From assembly GCA_951406725.2 (NCBI GenBank), contig OX597815.1:109368001-109432000 (forward strand): a stretch of DNA of 64,000 bases, in the 5' to 3' direction. Numbering within the stretch: the first letter of the stretch is position 1; every line of letters begins with the position of its first letter. This document shows, in pieces, positions 50,873-63,684 of this stretch. This stretch comes from Octopus vulgaris (Eukaryota). Under the pieces are notes generated by a model. It was not told the DNA's origin, did no database searches, and saw only the letters and a list, made by a program, of their open reading frames with translations. A program made the translations under genes and the position numbers.

Positions 50873-52080
50873 AGGCGCAGTGGCCCAGTGGTTAGGGCAG
50901 CGGATTCGCGGTCGGAAGATCGCGGTTTCGATTCCCAGACCGGGCGTTGTGTGTGTTTATTGAGCGAAAACACCTAAAGCTCCACGATGCTTCGGCAGGG
51001 GGTGGTGGCGACTCCTGTTGTACTCTTTCGCCCCAACTTTCTCTCACTCTTTCTTCCTGTTTCTTGAGTAACGCTGCGATGGACTGGCCTCCCGTCCAGC
51101 TGGGGGGAACACATACGCCATAGAAACCGGGAAACCGGGCCCATGAGCCAAGCTAGGCTTGAAAAGGGCGCATAAAAAAATATATGCTTTAATATTTTAA
51201 CGACTGATACACTGGTATATTCTAAAGACTGATATGCATTAATCTATGGCAGAATACATGTATAATTCTTAACATTTATATCTATCTATCTATCTATCTT
51301 CTATCTATCTATCTATCTATCTAACATTTATATCTATCTATCTATCTATCTTTCTATCTATCTATCTCTTTATATATATACACATGCTCATTTATGCACA
51401 TGCTTACGTACATACGCGCACACACACATATGGTCACATACGTAACTATATATATTTTATTTGAGTATTTAACCTAATTAGTCAGTTGCCTAAATTTCTG
51501 TGTCAAAGGTAAGTACCAACACCTAATGATTGCTATCGACTTCAGTCAGTAGCATAAATTAGTTTGATATTCTGTCTCTTTCTAAAAAGCGTTACAGGAG
51601 TCAGTCGAATGGATTCGACCGACAAGTGTGCTGTTCCTGACCTACGTATTTAGTTCGCCAGTAGTTTACAAATTACACGTGTGGTCGACAAACATATCGA
51701 TTCATTTACCTTAATTGCTTCATTACATATAATTGGGAATTATATTTTAGGCGAAACAAAAATATAACACATATATAATGATTAACATTCAACGCCGATG
51801 TGTCTGTCCACTGACCACGATATTTCTCCTGTTTGGGGCGGTGGATTGGGTAACTTTCATCAATGACGGACAAAATCACTTTTGATAGTTGATTACATTT
51901 GTTTATGCACCAAGCTGAAATCCTACCAACGACAAATTTGCGTTTTATCCTTCTGTGGTGCATAAAATACAAATCAAGTTGTCCCTCCCCATATTACAAA
52001 TTCTTGCATGCACCTTACTAATTAGCAATAATTATATTTATCTTGCATATAGGACACAGTCGACTCGTGATTTTCATTCA
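49315..52080 (+). repeat. Direct duplication of about 1 kb (49315-50340 and 51004-52080)
   Basis: Identical ORFs 49966-50232 and 51706-51972 (offset 1740); both copies end ttttcattca. Confidence 0.92.
50871..51180 (+). mobile_element. SINE family C, full length
   Basis: A box TGGCCCAGTGG, B box GGTTTCGATTCC, ctgcgatggactggcctcccgtccag (V-domain-like), A-rich tail. Confidence 0.88.
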
Positions 52081-52199
52081 TTATTTTATTTGTTATCTGT
52101 CGTATCATCTATCTCTCGTAACTAAACATTTATGCATGCGTAATGAGCAATATATACAAATACATCCATGCACACACGCGCACACACATATGATAATAT

Positions 52200-52452
52200 G
52201 TGTGTGTGTGTGTGTGCGCGCGTGTCTTTGTGTCTGTGTATGCCCCCCTCCACCACCACCACCATACCGCTACCACCGCTTGACAACCAGTGTTGGTGCA
52301 TTTGCGTCCCCGTAACCTAACGATCCGGCAAAATAAAAGCGATAGAATAAGTATCAGGCTTCAAAAATAACTACTGAGGTCGATTCATTCGACTAAAAAT
52401 TGAAAGTGGTGCCCCTGAGATCTAATGACTGAAACAAATAAAAGATAAAAGA
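52200..52452 (+). mobile_element. SINE family A tail module
   Basis: ccgcttgacaaccagtgttggtg...gatagaataagta...atgactgaaacaaataaaagataaaag. Confidence 0.75.
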
Positions 52453-52608
52453 TTTATAAATATATTCATCTTCGCCCGCGATTCCTTGGAGAGGCATGAC
52501 AGCACTTCCTTCAGGGTGTCCTGTCAGAAACTGTCCTCATTACACTTTTCAGTTGGATTCCCAAGCGTGACCAACTAATACTATGGATAATACCCAGTCA
52601 TCTCGTTC

Positions 52609-53481
52609 TTGGTCAACATATGCAGAAAGACAAAGATAAAGGTGTACAAGGCATGTGTACTCCCTTCTCTTATCGATATGTGGGTCACATATCGATACCA
52701 CCTTAAACAACTGGAACGTTTCCATCAGACGTGTCTCAGACGGATGTATGGCATTAAGTGGAAGGACCGCATCAGTGATCTTGAAATATTGGAAGGCGCT
52801 CGGTGTGCAAGTATAGAAGCTCTTGTGTTAAAGCAAAGGTTCAGATGGAGTGGTCATCTGGTCAAGATGAAGGATTCAAGGATGCCAAAACAACTCTGTT
52901 ATGGAGAGTTAGCTAAAGGAGAACGACCTCCACATAAACCAAAAAAGAGGTATAAAGACTTGCTGAAGGCTTCCTTAAGAGATGCTTGCATCTCTCCTGA
53001 CACATGGAAAGGCATAGCTATTGATCGTAGCAGGTGGAGAAGGATTGTGCACGAGGGGACAGCCACTTTTGAGAAATCTCGAGTTGCACATGAGAAAGTA
53101 AGGAGGGATGTCAGGAAGGGCATCGCTGTTACACTTCCAGATGGGAAGGGTCTTCCTATGATGCTGACATGCACTGTCTGTGCAAGACCATGCCTCAGTA
53201 ATGCTGGACTCAAGAGCCATCTTCGTAGTCATAAAGCAAGACAGATGAGTGACAACCTGGCCACTGGTGGTGGTGTAACACATCATACTAATCATATCTG
53301 TCGGGCATGTGGAAGAGAGTGTAATTCGGCAGGAAGACTTAAACGACATGCAAAGGTGCATGAAGCCCAGTTACAACTACAGCCGGCTGTTACCGGTAAA
53401 GGTTTTAGTTGCCAATTCGGTACAAGACATTGTAGATCTTTAGCTGGGCTAAAAAGTCACATTCTATCACAGCACCAGTAA
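52609..53481 (+). mobile_element. RTE-clade LINE ORF 3' fragment (RT C-terminus plus three C2H2 zinc fingers), open for 290 aa
   Basis: TKIKVYKACVLPSL..LERFHQTCLRR..RFRWSGHLVKMKDSRMPKQLCYGEL; fingers CTVCARPCLSNAGLKSHLRSH, CRACGRECNSAGRLKRHAKVH and CQFGTRHCRSLAGLKSHILSQH. Confidence 0.92.
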
Positions 53482-53769
53482 CAGTTAAGAAAATCGCGAA
53501 TTTGTAATGTGTTGCTTATCGCATTAAATCCATATTGAATGCTTAAAACTACAAAATATGTGTTGTTTACTCGTTTTTCTTCTTTTTTTTATTTTTTGAT
53601 CATGATATGTGTCAGAACTATGATGGTTTAGTACTTATGAGATATATTTTCCAAATAAAAATATGCCGATGATATCGCACTACTTGTTGTCTAGACTGCT
53701 TCGATGTGATGACTACTCTTTGTGTGTCGTATGTTCCAAGTATAGAATATGCTTATTATGATGAAATTA

Positions 53770-53904
53770 TGGGACCGAAAACACCAGAAGTTACCAGTGG
53801 CAAAATTTCGGGTGGCGTAATTGCCAGCGATGAAACTACTGGGGTGAAATTCATTGGCGAAATTTCGGTGGCGAATTCACAGGTGGCAAAATCATCTACA
53901 TTCC
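53770..53904. repeat. Degenerate ~15-bp tandem repeat, probably a DNA-transposon terminus
   Basis: Repeated gtggc(g/a)aaat units ending atctacattcc; same architecture as 4870-4935. Confidence 0.5.
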
Positions 53905-55104
53905 TATTCAGTGGCTGTATTGCCACTAGCCCAACCATCAATTTAAAAGTGATTATTATTTTGCTGTATCGCCGATATCACTGCTCTCATCAAGTGCCTT
54001 TGAAAAGAATGCAAAATTTTGAATCGTATTTAAAAAAAAACTATGAACGAATGTTTCCAACAGTTTTTTTGCAATATTTTCTATTTGTCAGATAATACAA
54101 GATAGGTTTAAATTCCAATACTGAACTTTTCTGGTTTTGTTAGCTGCAGGGGACTCAATTATGCAATCTTTAGTGATTTCTCCTGGAAAATAATTGTTAT
54201 ACATATCAATTTTATGGAGGATAATGTAGCTAATTATAACGATATAGTCATTAGTAATAAATATCTATTTATTATAGTTTGTTTTTGTTCGTTTGTGTCT
54301 TCATTTCACTTATCAATTCATCGACTTTATCCTTCTCGAATCAACTGAGAAATTAATATATTCTTTCAAGTACTGAGTATCAAAGGGACACATCACATCG
54401 TAGTCTTTTAAGGACACAACATTTTTTTGACCTGTGGATACGTATTGGTTTCGTCAGTGAAAAAGAAATGGTATTAGCACTCTTTGTTGAAAGCTTGGAA
54501 TTCAGTTCACACTTTACACTTTTTTATCTCCACATATTCAAACTCGCTAAACTAAGGGGTTCTTTACCCTTTGTTATTAGCAGATCGAATGACATCTTGT
54601 AGGCTCTTTTATTTGTTCAACAATGAGTCTGGTAACTCGTGCGCGCGCACACACAGATATACATACACATATATGCGCGTGTGTGTGTGTGTGCTGTATG
54701 TTTCTGCGTGTGAATGTGTATGTAGTGTTTGTGAGAGAGAGGGAAATATAATGCGCGTATATGTGTGTGTGTGTGTTATTGTTATTGTTAAACTTTAATA
54801 TCTCAAGCAGACCAGACAGACCTACAATAAAAATAAATGTTCCATCCATGACTATCACGAATATATTTTGATGAAGATTTGGCTGCTACTTTTAGCAGGT
54901 CAAGCGGCTAAATAGGAGGGTTCTCTTTGGCTCGTGTACAGTATATGTGTGCGTGTGCACTTATATGTTTGCGTATGCGCGAACACATAAATTTAGCCGG
55001 TCGTTTGTTCATTTATATATTTTACTTTTCTATTTGAATCATTAAAACCACTCCAGCAGAGCAATATCGACCAACCCCAACCCTATCATCCTCATCAACA
55101 TCAT

Positions 55105-55148
<44 letters not shown>

Positions 55149-55714
55149 GTGTCAACCTCATCTTCATCAGAATCATCACCACCATCACCTATGTTGTAGT
55201 TCCTATCTATATCACAAGGTTCCTATTCTCCACCGTAACGCCACCCTACTGGCTAAGAGGGTGTCACATACCTCTATGGACAGACAGTGGACGGGGTGTG
55301 AAGTTTGAGGTATTGTACGTGAGCTGTTCCTTACTAATCATATAAATCTACTTACCTGTCCTATCACTTTAGCCCTGCTTAACCCTTCAAGTCCACCTTT
55401 TGTCCATTATCATCATCATTATCATCATAATCTACCTTCAGCCTTTCCTTTCTTAGCGTATACCTCACAAGGTCCGTAAACCGACGTGACTATTGATCTG
55501 GAAAAGTGATTGACGTTCCATAGTGACACGAAGAAATTTTGATAGGCAGGGTGGTGGGTGACAGCAGCACAACGGGAGATGGGGGTCAGTGGTGATGGTG
55601 GTGAAGGCGTAGATGATGCTGTGTTATGGGGGTAGAGGGTGATTTGGGGGTCGGTTTAGGTTGTAAAATGTCAGAGGCGATGGGTTTCTATTTGTAAAGG
55701 TTGTTAACACGCTA

Positions 55715-55910
55715 AATGATGATGATGATGATGAGGAGGAGGAGGAGGAGGAGGAGGAGGAGGATGGTGGTGGTGGTGGTGAAGAAGAAGAAGAAGAAAA
55801 AGAAGAAGAAGAAGAAGAAGAAGAAGAAGAAGAAGAAGCAGAAGAAGAAGAAGAAGAAGAAGAAGAAGAAGAAGAAGAAGAAGAAGAAGAAGAAGAAGAA
55901 GAAGAAGAGA
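55715..55910. repeat. Compound (GAT)(GGA)(GGT)(GAA)n trinucleotide array
   Basis: Visible directly in the sequence. Confidence 0.95.
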
Positions 55911-56139
55911 TTTTATTAAAATATGAAAAACAGAAAAATCAGACAAGCTTAGATAATATCAAAAATAGGGAGAATGAGTGAGGGAATGGTTAGGGTTTAG
56001 AATGATCTGGGGGTTAGGGTATATTCATGTATTTATTTATTTATTTATCTATATTTTTTTTTGTTTTTGTATTTTGTAAGATTTGAAACAAAATATTAAG
56101 GATTAAACTCTCGTGACTTGATAATATCTTCTTTTTTTT

Positions 56140-56570
56140 ATCTTTTATTTGTTTTAGTCATTGGACTGCAGCCATGCTGGGGCACCACATGGAAGGGTTA
56201 CGCCAAAAAAATAAATAGATAAATCAATCCCAGTATATATTATTTTTAAGCTTGGTGCTTATTCTTTCGGTCTGTTTTGCAGAACCGGATGTTAAAAACG
56301 GTAGCATGAATATATATGAAAGAAAGTGTTGCAGTACAGTGCTCAGGTGCACTACAACAAATTTCTTCGAAACTCTTGGTTTTTCAAATTATGATCAGAT
56401 TATTTTTTAACAATGTAATGGTGATGCACTCTTAGTTGTTGGTGACGAAAATCACATCAAAACCAAGTAATTTAACAAGATCTCACGAACCCCTAAGTTA
56501 CGGGGTCGTAAATACACCAACACCGGTTGTCAGATGGTGATGGTGTGACACACACACACGCGCCTACACA

Positions 56571-56620
<50 letters not shown>

Positions 56621-56887
56621 CGATGGGCTTCTTTCAGTTTCCGTCTACCAAATCACACACAAGGTTTTGGCTATAGTAGATGACACTTGCCTAAGGTGGT
56701 ACGCAGTGGGACTGAAGGCGGAAGCATGTGGTTGGGAAGCAATATATATATTATATAACGGGCTTCCAGTTTACTAAATTCCCTCAGAAGACACTTTTTG
56801 ACCTCGGGCTAATTAGAAGACTAAACTCAGTGGAACTGAACCCGAAACCACGTTGCTGCAAAGTGAACTTCTTTACACAGCCATGCA
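56140..56887 (-). mobile_element. SINE family A interrupted by a ~200-bp insert, plus an extra head copy
   Basis: Tail at 56140-56287, insert to ~56490, remainder to 56740, second degenerate head at 56757-56887. Confidence 0.75.
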
Positions 56888-57816
56888 CCCCCGGTTTTAG
56901 CCATGTCTACGCCTATCTTCTATGATATTTGGTATTAACTCGCTGCAGAATTAGATTTAAGGTAGTGGATCAACTACTGTTTGAGAGGAGAATTAAACAT
57001 GTATTAATGATGTCCCTGCATGCTTTGCCTGAATGGTGCAGCAATGACAACTAATTTTCGACTGCGGAAGACTTGCATTTGCGGTTTCCTAACAACCATA
57101 GCCATGTTGATCTTGTTTCAGCTGCCGTGTCTATCTCCTTGAGGACTGTATGCTGTCACTGAATATGCTTCTTCTCACCAGAGATCTTTAGAAAAGAAAT
57201 ATTAAATAAAATGATTTTTTATGACCTTAAAAACATGAGTTGGTCGCGGACGGAAGATCTTCGGTCCAAGGTTTTCTTGTGCAGGAGATAAACAACAGTA
57301 CCAATAAAACTAGAGCAACCAGTTTAGAATTTAATGTTTTTATGATAATTATTGGTGCTGCTGTTGCTACTGCTGTTGTTGTTGCTGCTGTTGTTGTCTG
57401 CTACTGCTACTACTGTTGGTCATATTTTTGTACTTGCTGCTTTTTGTTATTTAACCCCAGATCAACAGTAGCAAAGCAAACCTATCGCAAGTAAGTACAC
57501 ATTCGAACAAGTTAATATGAAGTACCTGGCTGAGTGCAACATTGTGCTCTCCTACAAGTGTTATACCTTATACAGTGCACTGTTCTAATTTGGCATTTTA
57601 CGTTTTCGTCAATTCTACAGTCTGCTATAAAATATCTAAATATTTTTGTGATGTCTACATTAAACGGTGGATGATGGAATCGATCAGAAACCAGGAGTTG
57701 GAGTAATTATGTACTGTCTGGTGATGCCTAGTATTTAGAGCCAAATTTCTAAAACCTTTCTATCCCGCGCCCAATTGCCTATTATGAACAGAAAACGTGT
57801 AGAGAGCATATATATT

Positions 57817-58160
57817 CTTTTATACTTTTATTTGTTTCAGTCAAGTTATTGGACTGCGGCTATCCCGGAGCACCGCCTTTAGTCGAGCAAATCGACCCCA
57901 GGACATATTCTTTGTAAACCTAGTACTAATTCTATCGGTCTTTTTTGCCGAACCGCTACATTACGGGGAAGTAAAATCACCAGCATCTGTTGTCAAGCGA
58001 TGTTGGGGGAAGGGACAGACACAGACGCACAATACTTATATATATATATACGTTGTGCTTCTTTCAGTTTTCCTCTACCAAATCCACTCGCAAGGCTTTC
58101 GTCAGCCCCGAGGTTATAGCAGAAGACACTTGCCCAAGGTGGCACGCAGTGGGACTGAAC
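57817..58160 (-). mobile_element. SINE family A
   Basis: Homology to other family A copies; 5' head truncated. Confidence 0.88.
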
Positions 58161-58314
58161 TTTTGATGACTCGCAGTGATAGAAACATACATATACGCCT
58201 ACACACACATACACATCAAAGTAACGTGACTAAAACTTGCAATAGAGTTTTAATTAGAACTTTCTTTGTGTATGTGTGTATATATATGTCTGTGTGTTTA
58301 TATATATATGTGTG

Positions 58315-58367
<53 letters not shown>

Positions 58368-59611
58368 TGTATGTACGTATATGTTATAGATACATACATC
58401 AGATTCTGAAGTTCCACACGCCATCGAAATATTGCTACGCCTCAACATGAGACTCACTCATTTAAAGTGAGTGGAGTTATTTATGTGACCGCTGTTATTG
58501 TATGTGTGGGCTTTTGGTGCATGTCTGGATTACATGTGAGCAGCTGTGATCTTTTGGAATACTAAACAGAGGTTTAATAAATAAGTGTAGATCTTCGATG
58601 TGATCGTTGAACTCGTAGTAGCAAGGATTTTATGGGTTAAAGGCTATTGCTACGATATATTATGCACTTAACTTGTCCATGTGGCCCTTTTTACAGTTTA
58701 ATAGTTTCATTGTATAGATAATCAATGAATGAAGTTTCCGCTGTATCGATGTAATCTGTAATATTTTGTGTTCTTAGTAATTTAATGTGATTTATTACGA
58801 AAATATTGGGAAACTAAACAAGACTGACAAAATCCATGTTGTATCTAAATTTCTTTCCCACCAGTGTTGCTGCTTTGTTCGATTAGCTAAATGTGACCCA
58901 TCCAAAGCAGTCAGTTTGTTGCGATATGTGTAAAAAGAGATTCACAATTTCAATAATAGATATAAAGTTTTCATCATACATAGTTACTTGTGGTACCATT
59001 TGAAATATCATTGTTTAAAAGGTGGATGAAACTAAGGGACAAAATTACGTAGCGCCTCGTTTTCGTCAAACATCTTTCTCAAACATTAACTGGCAAACAA
59101 GCCAAGCAGTCTGAAATAAGGTACCGAAGTAGATCGGATCCAGATATGTCGAAATGCCAATATGTCGATAGCGAAGCATTTGTTGACTTTAAACGTTTTA
59201 ATAATAAAAGATATATTTTTTTAAAGTAATACAAGATATACTGTCTTATTTAGAATAAATTACTTCATAAAAGTCAATATTGTATGTATGGATGGATGGA
59301 TGGATGGGTGGATGGATCTATTCTTTTTTTATACTGTTTCTCGCGTCCGCTTGTATAACACATGGACATTTTCGAAGATCAAGTTAAATGGAAAGGCTTT
59401 AAAAAGAAATACCTGGTGCAATCATTTCTTTCCGGTTGTGCAAGGCTATTGCCATTAACAATCTCAGTCGTAATGTCACGCTAAATGGTTAAAAAGGTTA
59501 TCCAATGAAGTAACAAATACTCAACATCCAACGTGACCATTTCGGAGCACGGAGGTTATGTTGCATTGTTTTGAGCATAGTGTCTGTTTCACTGAAGACG
59601 TTTACGTGGTT

Positions 59612-59812
59612 TTTCGACCTGTTAGAAAAAGCAGTTAAGTCTCAGTGAAATTACTCATGCCGAAATAAAAATACACGTTAGTGAATGTTGGCCTAGATAT
59701 CCATTAACAAGATGAAACTGTCAGGAGTGGAATAGTCACATGACATGTCTCGTCATATGCCTGATCGATCAGTTAAACTGAGGTTAAAGAACAGAGACAA
59801 CACAACAACAGC
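59612..59812 (+). repeat. Old interspersed repeat (family D)
   Basis: ttcgacctgttagaaaaagcag...ctgaggttaaagaac..acaacaac, similar to 35470-35693. Confidence 0.5.
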
Positions 59813-60621
59813 AATAACAAAATATCGTGATTTACATAGACTCCATGATACTACATTACAGCTGCTGCTGCTGCTGCTGCCGCTGCTGCTGCTGCTGTCG
59901 CTGCAGTTTTGCTGCCACTGCTACTGCTGCACCAAAATTGAACCGTTCTGGAACTAGGAAGTGTAATTTACCTTATATTGTGTATGTAGCTTTTGAAACG
60001 TGTATGGAATTGCAAGATATTTTAGTCACGTTGATTTAGTCAAATTGATGTAGTTATTTCACACTCAAAGAGAATTTCGTTATCATAAAACTCTAGTAAG
60101 CGAACAATTAATATATTTATTATCTCGTCTAAAGATGTATTCTTAGAATACATTTGCATATCTCAAACGTCATTGTAGACATAGATATGATACCAAGACA
60201 CAGACATCATGTACTTTCTGATAATCTTTTCTTTTTTCTTTATCGTTTCAACATTCTAATCCTATATTTTTTTATCCTAACATTCTTTATATTCAACTTT
60301 AGATTTAATATACACAAATGCAGTCTTTCATGATTCACTTTCATGATTCACTTTCTATGTCCATCTGTCTAACAGTCTTTCTGTTTTTATGACTGTTTGT
60401 TTCCCGTTTGCCAGTTGATTTAACATTCTATCACTGTCTTTGTTGATCTGTCTGTCTGTCTGTCTGTCTGTCTTAATTTCCTACTTTCTTCCTTTCTTTC
60501 CTTCTTTCTTTTTTCTTTGTTTACTCCCCTCTCTCTGTCTATTCTCTCCCTCTCTCTTCCAGCTAATAATCTCCTTAACAAAAAATGTAGACAAAAACTG
60601 CATTGGAGGACTGTATATATG

Positions 60622-60899
60622 CATACCTACCTACCTACCTACGTACCTACCTACCTACCTACCTACCTACCTACCTACCTACCTACCTACCTACCTACCT
60701 ACCTACCTACCTACCTACCTACCTACCTACTTACCTACCTACCTACCTACCTACCTACCTACCTGCCTGCCTACCTACCTACATACATTCATACATACAT
60801 ACATACATATATACATACATACATGCATACATACATACATAAATATATACATACATACATACATACATACGTACATACATACATGCGTGCATACATACA

Positions 60900-60933
<34 letters not shown>

Positions 60934-61085
60934 CATGTATGCATACATACATAAATACATACATACATACATACATACATACATACATACATACATACAT
61001 ACATACATACATACATACATACATGCATATATACATACACACACACATACGTACGTAGTACGTACGTGCGTACATACACATACGT
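60622..61085. repeat. (CCTA)n grading into (CATA)n microsatellite
   Basis: Visible directly in the sequence. Confidence 0.95.
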
Positions 61086-61488
61086 AAATACGATGTATGT
61101 ATGTTGCCTTTCCCTTTTCCGTTTCAATTTAGAGTAAATTTTAACCAGCCACCTCCTTGGTAGCAAGGTTGTAAAGGATAACATCTTGTTTTAACCATCA
61201 CCATCCTTTAAAATTTAAGAATGTCTTGCATATGTTTATAGTCCCAAATACTGTGATCATTTGTAGCATATGAATTAAGGATTTGCGTTCTCTCCTCAAG
61301 AACATAAATTCAGCCATACTTTACTCCAGACGGGTTGCTCCAATAATAATGATAGGTATGAAGCTGAAAGTGTATATTGGGTACTGGATTTGTAGGTTCC
61401 TTATCAATGATCTATAGATGTCCTCTTTTCCTTGTATTTTTCGAGCCACTTTGGTATCCAGAGTACAGATGATTTCCATAACAGAATA

Positions 61489-62153
61489 CAGTAATGCTCC
61501 GATATATGAGTTAATTTGTGCTCGTAAAGTAGAGCAATAATTTCCCATAATAGCAATGTTATAAATCGTAATTCGTTCCCAGAGAAATATTTTGCTCATA
61601 AAATTTATGATATTAGTAAATAAATGGCGATAGAACAACAGTAGAATGTAAAGAATATTTTATGTAATGTAAAAAGAATGTCAAGATCATTTATAATAAA
61701 AAAAATATTATTATCATAATCGTTTTCTGAATCATTTTCACTCGCACTAGACTCGCATACACTATAACTTGTAGTCGCGATCGCCAATTCAGAAGCACTC
61801 GTAGACGGACTTGTAGATTACTTTTTATAAAGACAGTCTAGAGTTGTTTGCTTAGAAGAAGCTTTTTTTCGCTCTCTATAAATTTTTCGGTGACACGCAG
61901 AAGCATTTATTATGGAGGACTGTACACATACATTCATTCATACATACATACATACATACATACATACATACATACATACATACATACATACGTACATACG
62001 TACATACGTACATACATACATACATACATACATACATACATACATACATACATACATACTTCGTTCAAAACTTGGATCTTGTGCTTGGAAAGTAAACCTC
62101 GCAAATCCGGTAACTCGTAAAGCTGGTACTCGTAAAGGGAGGTATTATTACTG
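61489..62153. mobile_element. Tigger/pogo-like MITE with TA duplication
   Basis: ta|cagtaatgctcc...gagtt at the left end and actcgtaaagggaggtattattactg|ta at the right; removing it restores the R4 reading frame WDHKEKIYSVMEI. Confidence 0.8.
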
Positions 62154-62591
62154 TATATCTTTTCCTTGTGATCCCATTCAATATTTTAACTTCATGGCTG
62201 TTTCAATTCTTAAGCTTCACCAATATTTTTTTGACCCATCAGTTTCAATATGGCCTACTTTGTAGCTGTTTTCATATTTTTTTTATACCCTGTTCCTGAC
62301 TGTTCTGGCCACTGCATCATGCCGTACGAGAAGATAATATCCGAAAGACATTCTCTCACAGTTGGCAATAATGTGGTTGATGCCGTCAGGCTTAGTCTTG
62401 CACAGCCTAACATTTGTTGTCTGTTAACGTTTTCTGCCTTTTATGTTGTAGTTACTTGGTGAGAATCGCTTGTTCATGGATTGCATGGATGTAGCCTTCG
62501 AAGTAGAACGTCATAAACGTGTCGGTACTCTATGCCAAACTTTTGAGATGATCAAGCCTTTCTATGATATGTGTTTTACACACCAAGTACA

Positions 62592-62992
62592 CTCTTTTAC
62601 TCTTTTACTTGTTTCAGTCATTTGACTGCGGCCATGCTGGAGCACCGCCTTTAGTCGAGCAAATCGATCCCAGGACTTATGCTTTGTAAGCCTATTACTT
62701 ATTCTATCGGTCTCTTTTGCCGTACCGCTATGTTACGGGGACGTAAACACACCAGCATTGGTTGTCAAGCGATGCTGGGGTGACAAACACAGACTCACAA
62801 ACACACGCACATATATATATACCTATATACGACGGGCTTCTTTCAGTTTCTGTCTACCAAATCCACTCACAAGGCTTTGGTCGGCCCGAGGCTCTAGTAG
62901 AAGACACTTGCGCAGGGTGCCACGCAATGGGACTGAACCCGGAACCATGTGGTTGGTAAGCAAGCTACTTACAACACAGCCACTCCTGTGCC
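62592..62992 (-). mobile_element. SINE family A, full length, well conserved
   Basis: Close to the family consensus over head, microsatellite and tail. Confidence 0.93.
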
Positions 62993-63684
62993 TTTGTACT
63001 ATCTCCTCGATTAACTGGTCTATTTTTTTTCTCTGTCGTTCTGATAAATAGATTTTACCTATGTTCCTTTAGGAGAGAACTATATCAGCTCTTATTTTAT
63101 ATCTATCCTCAAATTTATTAGCCATCCTAATTATTTTATGGGTTTCATGGTCTCAGGTCTCTTTCCTCGGCTGCGGATGTTGTTTCAGTTTCACAATACA
63201 CGCTTCGTATGACATCCATACAGATTTGAGACCACGACCACCATCCTTGCGGGGGAGTATAGCCTCTCTACATCTCCATTTATGCTGAAGTTTCTTCCAA
63301 CACTGAGCAGCTTGCGAATTCCATGTAATACTGAACTGCTCAATGAGTTCTTGAAGTGACTGGTACAGAAGGCCAAATGTAGATGTGAGGACAGGCACTG
63401 CAAAGTTGTTGTGGGCAATATGCTTGTTGTAAGCTGAGAGTTTTGATAACAATATTCTCTCTAGAGTTGTTCATTTCTGGTCTTCTTATTTGTGGGTCCA
63501 TCATATCTGACATTCTCATCTTGTCCATGACTAATAATTATCATCTGACTGTAAATGTTGTATTGTCAAGACGTTCATTCTTAGATTCATGTATGTATGT
63601 ATGTATGTATGTATGTATGTATGTATGTATGTATGTATGTATGTGTGTGTGTGTGTATGTATGTATTATGTATGCATGCATTAT

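Larger units (their letters stand above)
61104..63587 (-). mobile_element. Fragmented R4-clade element with nested MITE and SINE, CATA-flanked at both ends
   Basis: LSKLSAYNKHIAHNNFAVPVLTSTFG, FSINGDVERLY..DGGRGL, FEGYIHAIHEQAI, RLCKTKPDGINHIIANC..RHDAVA, WDHKEKIY|SVMEIIC..KEDIYRSL..FIPIIIIGA. Confidence 0.88.

Noticed and set aside
50871-50945. tRNA gene
   Set aside because: A and B boxes are present but there is no closed cloverleaf, and it continues into a SINE body.
53706-54095. 129-aa ORF
   Set aside because: It reads through a degenerate 15-bp tandem repeat; no protein signature.
55985-56020. TTAGGG motifs as an interstitial telomere
   Set aside because: Only two isolated hexamers, not an array.
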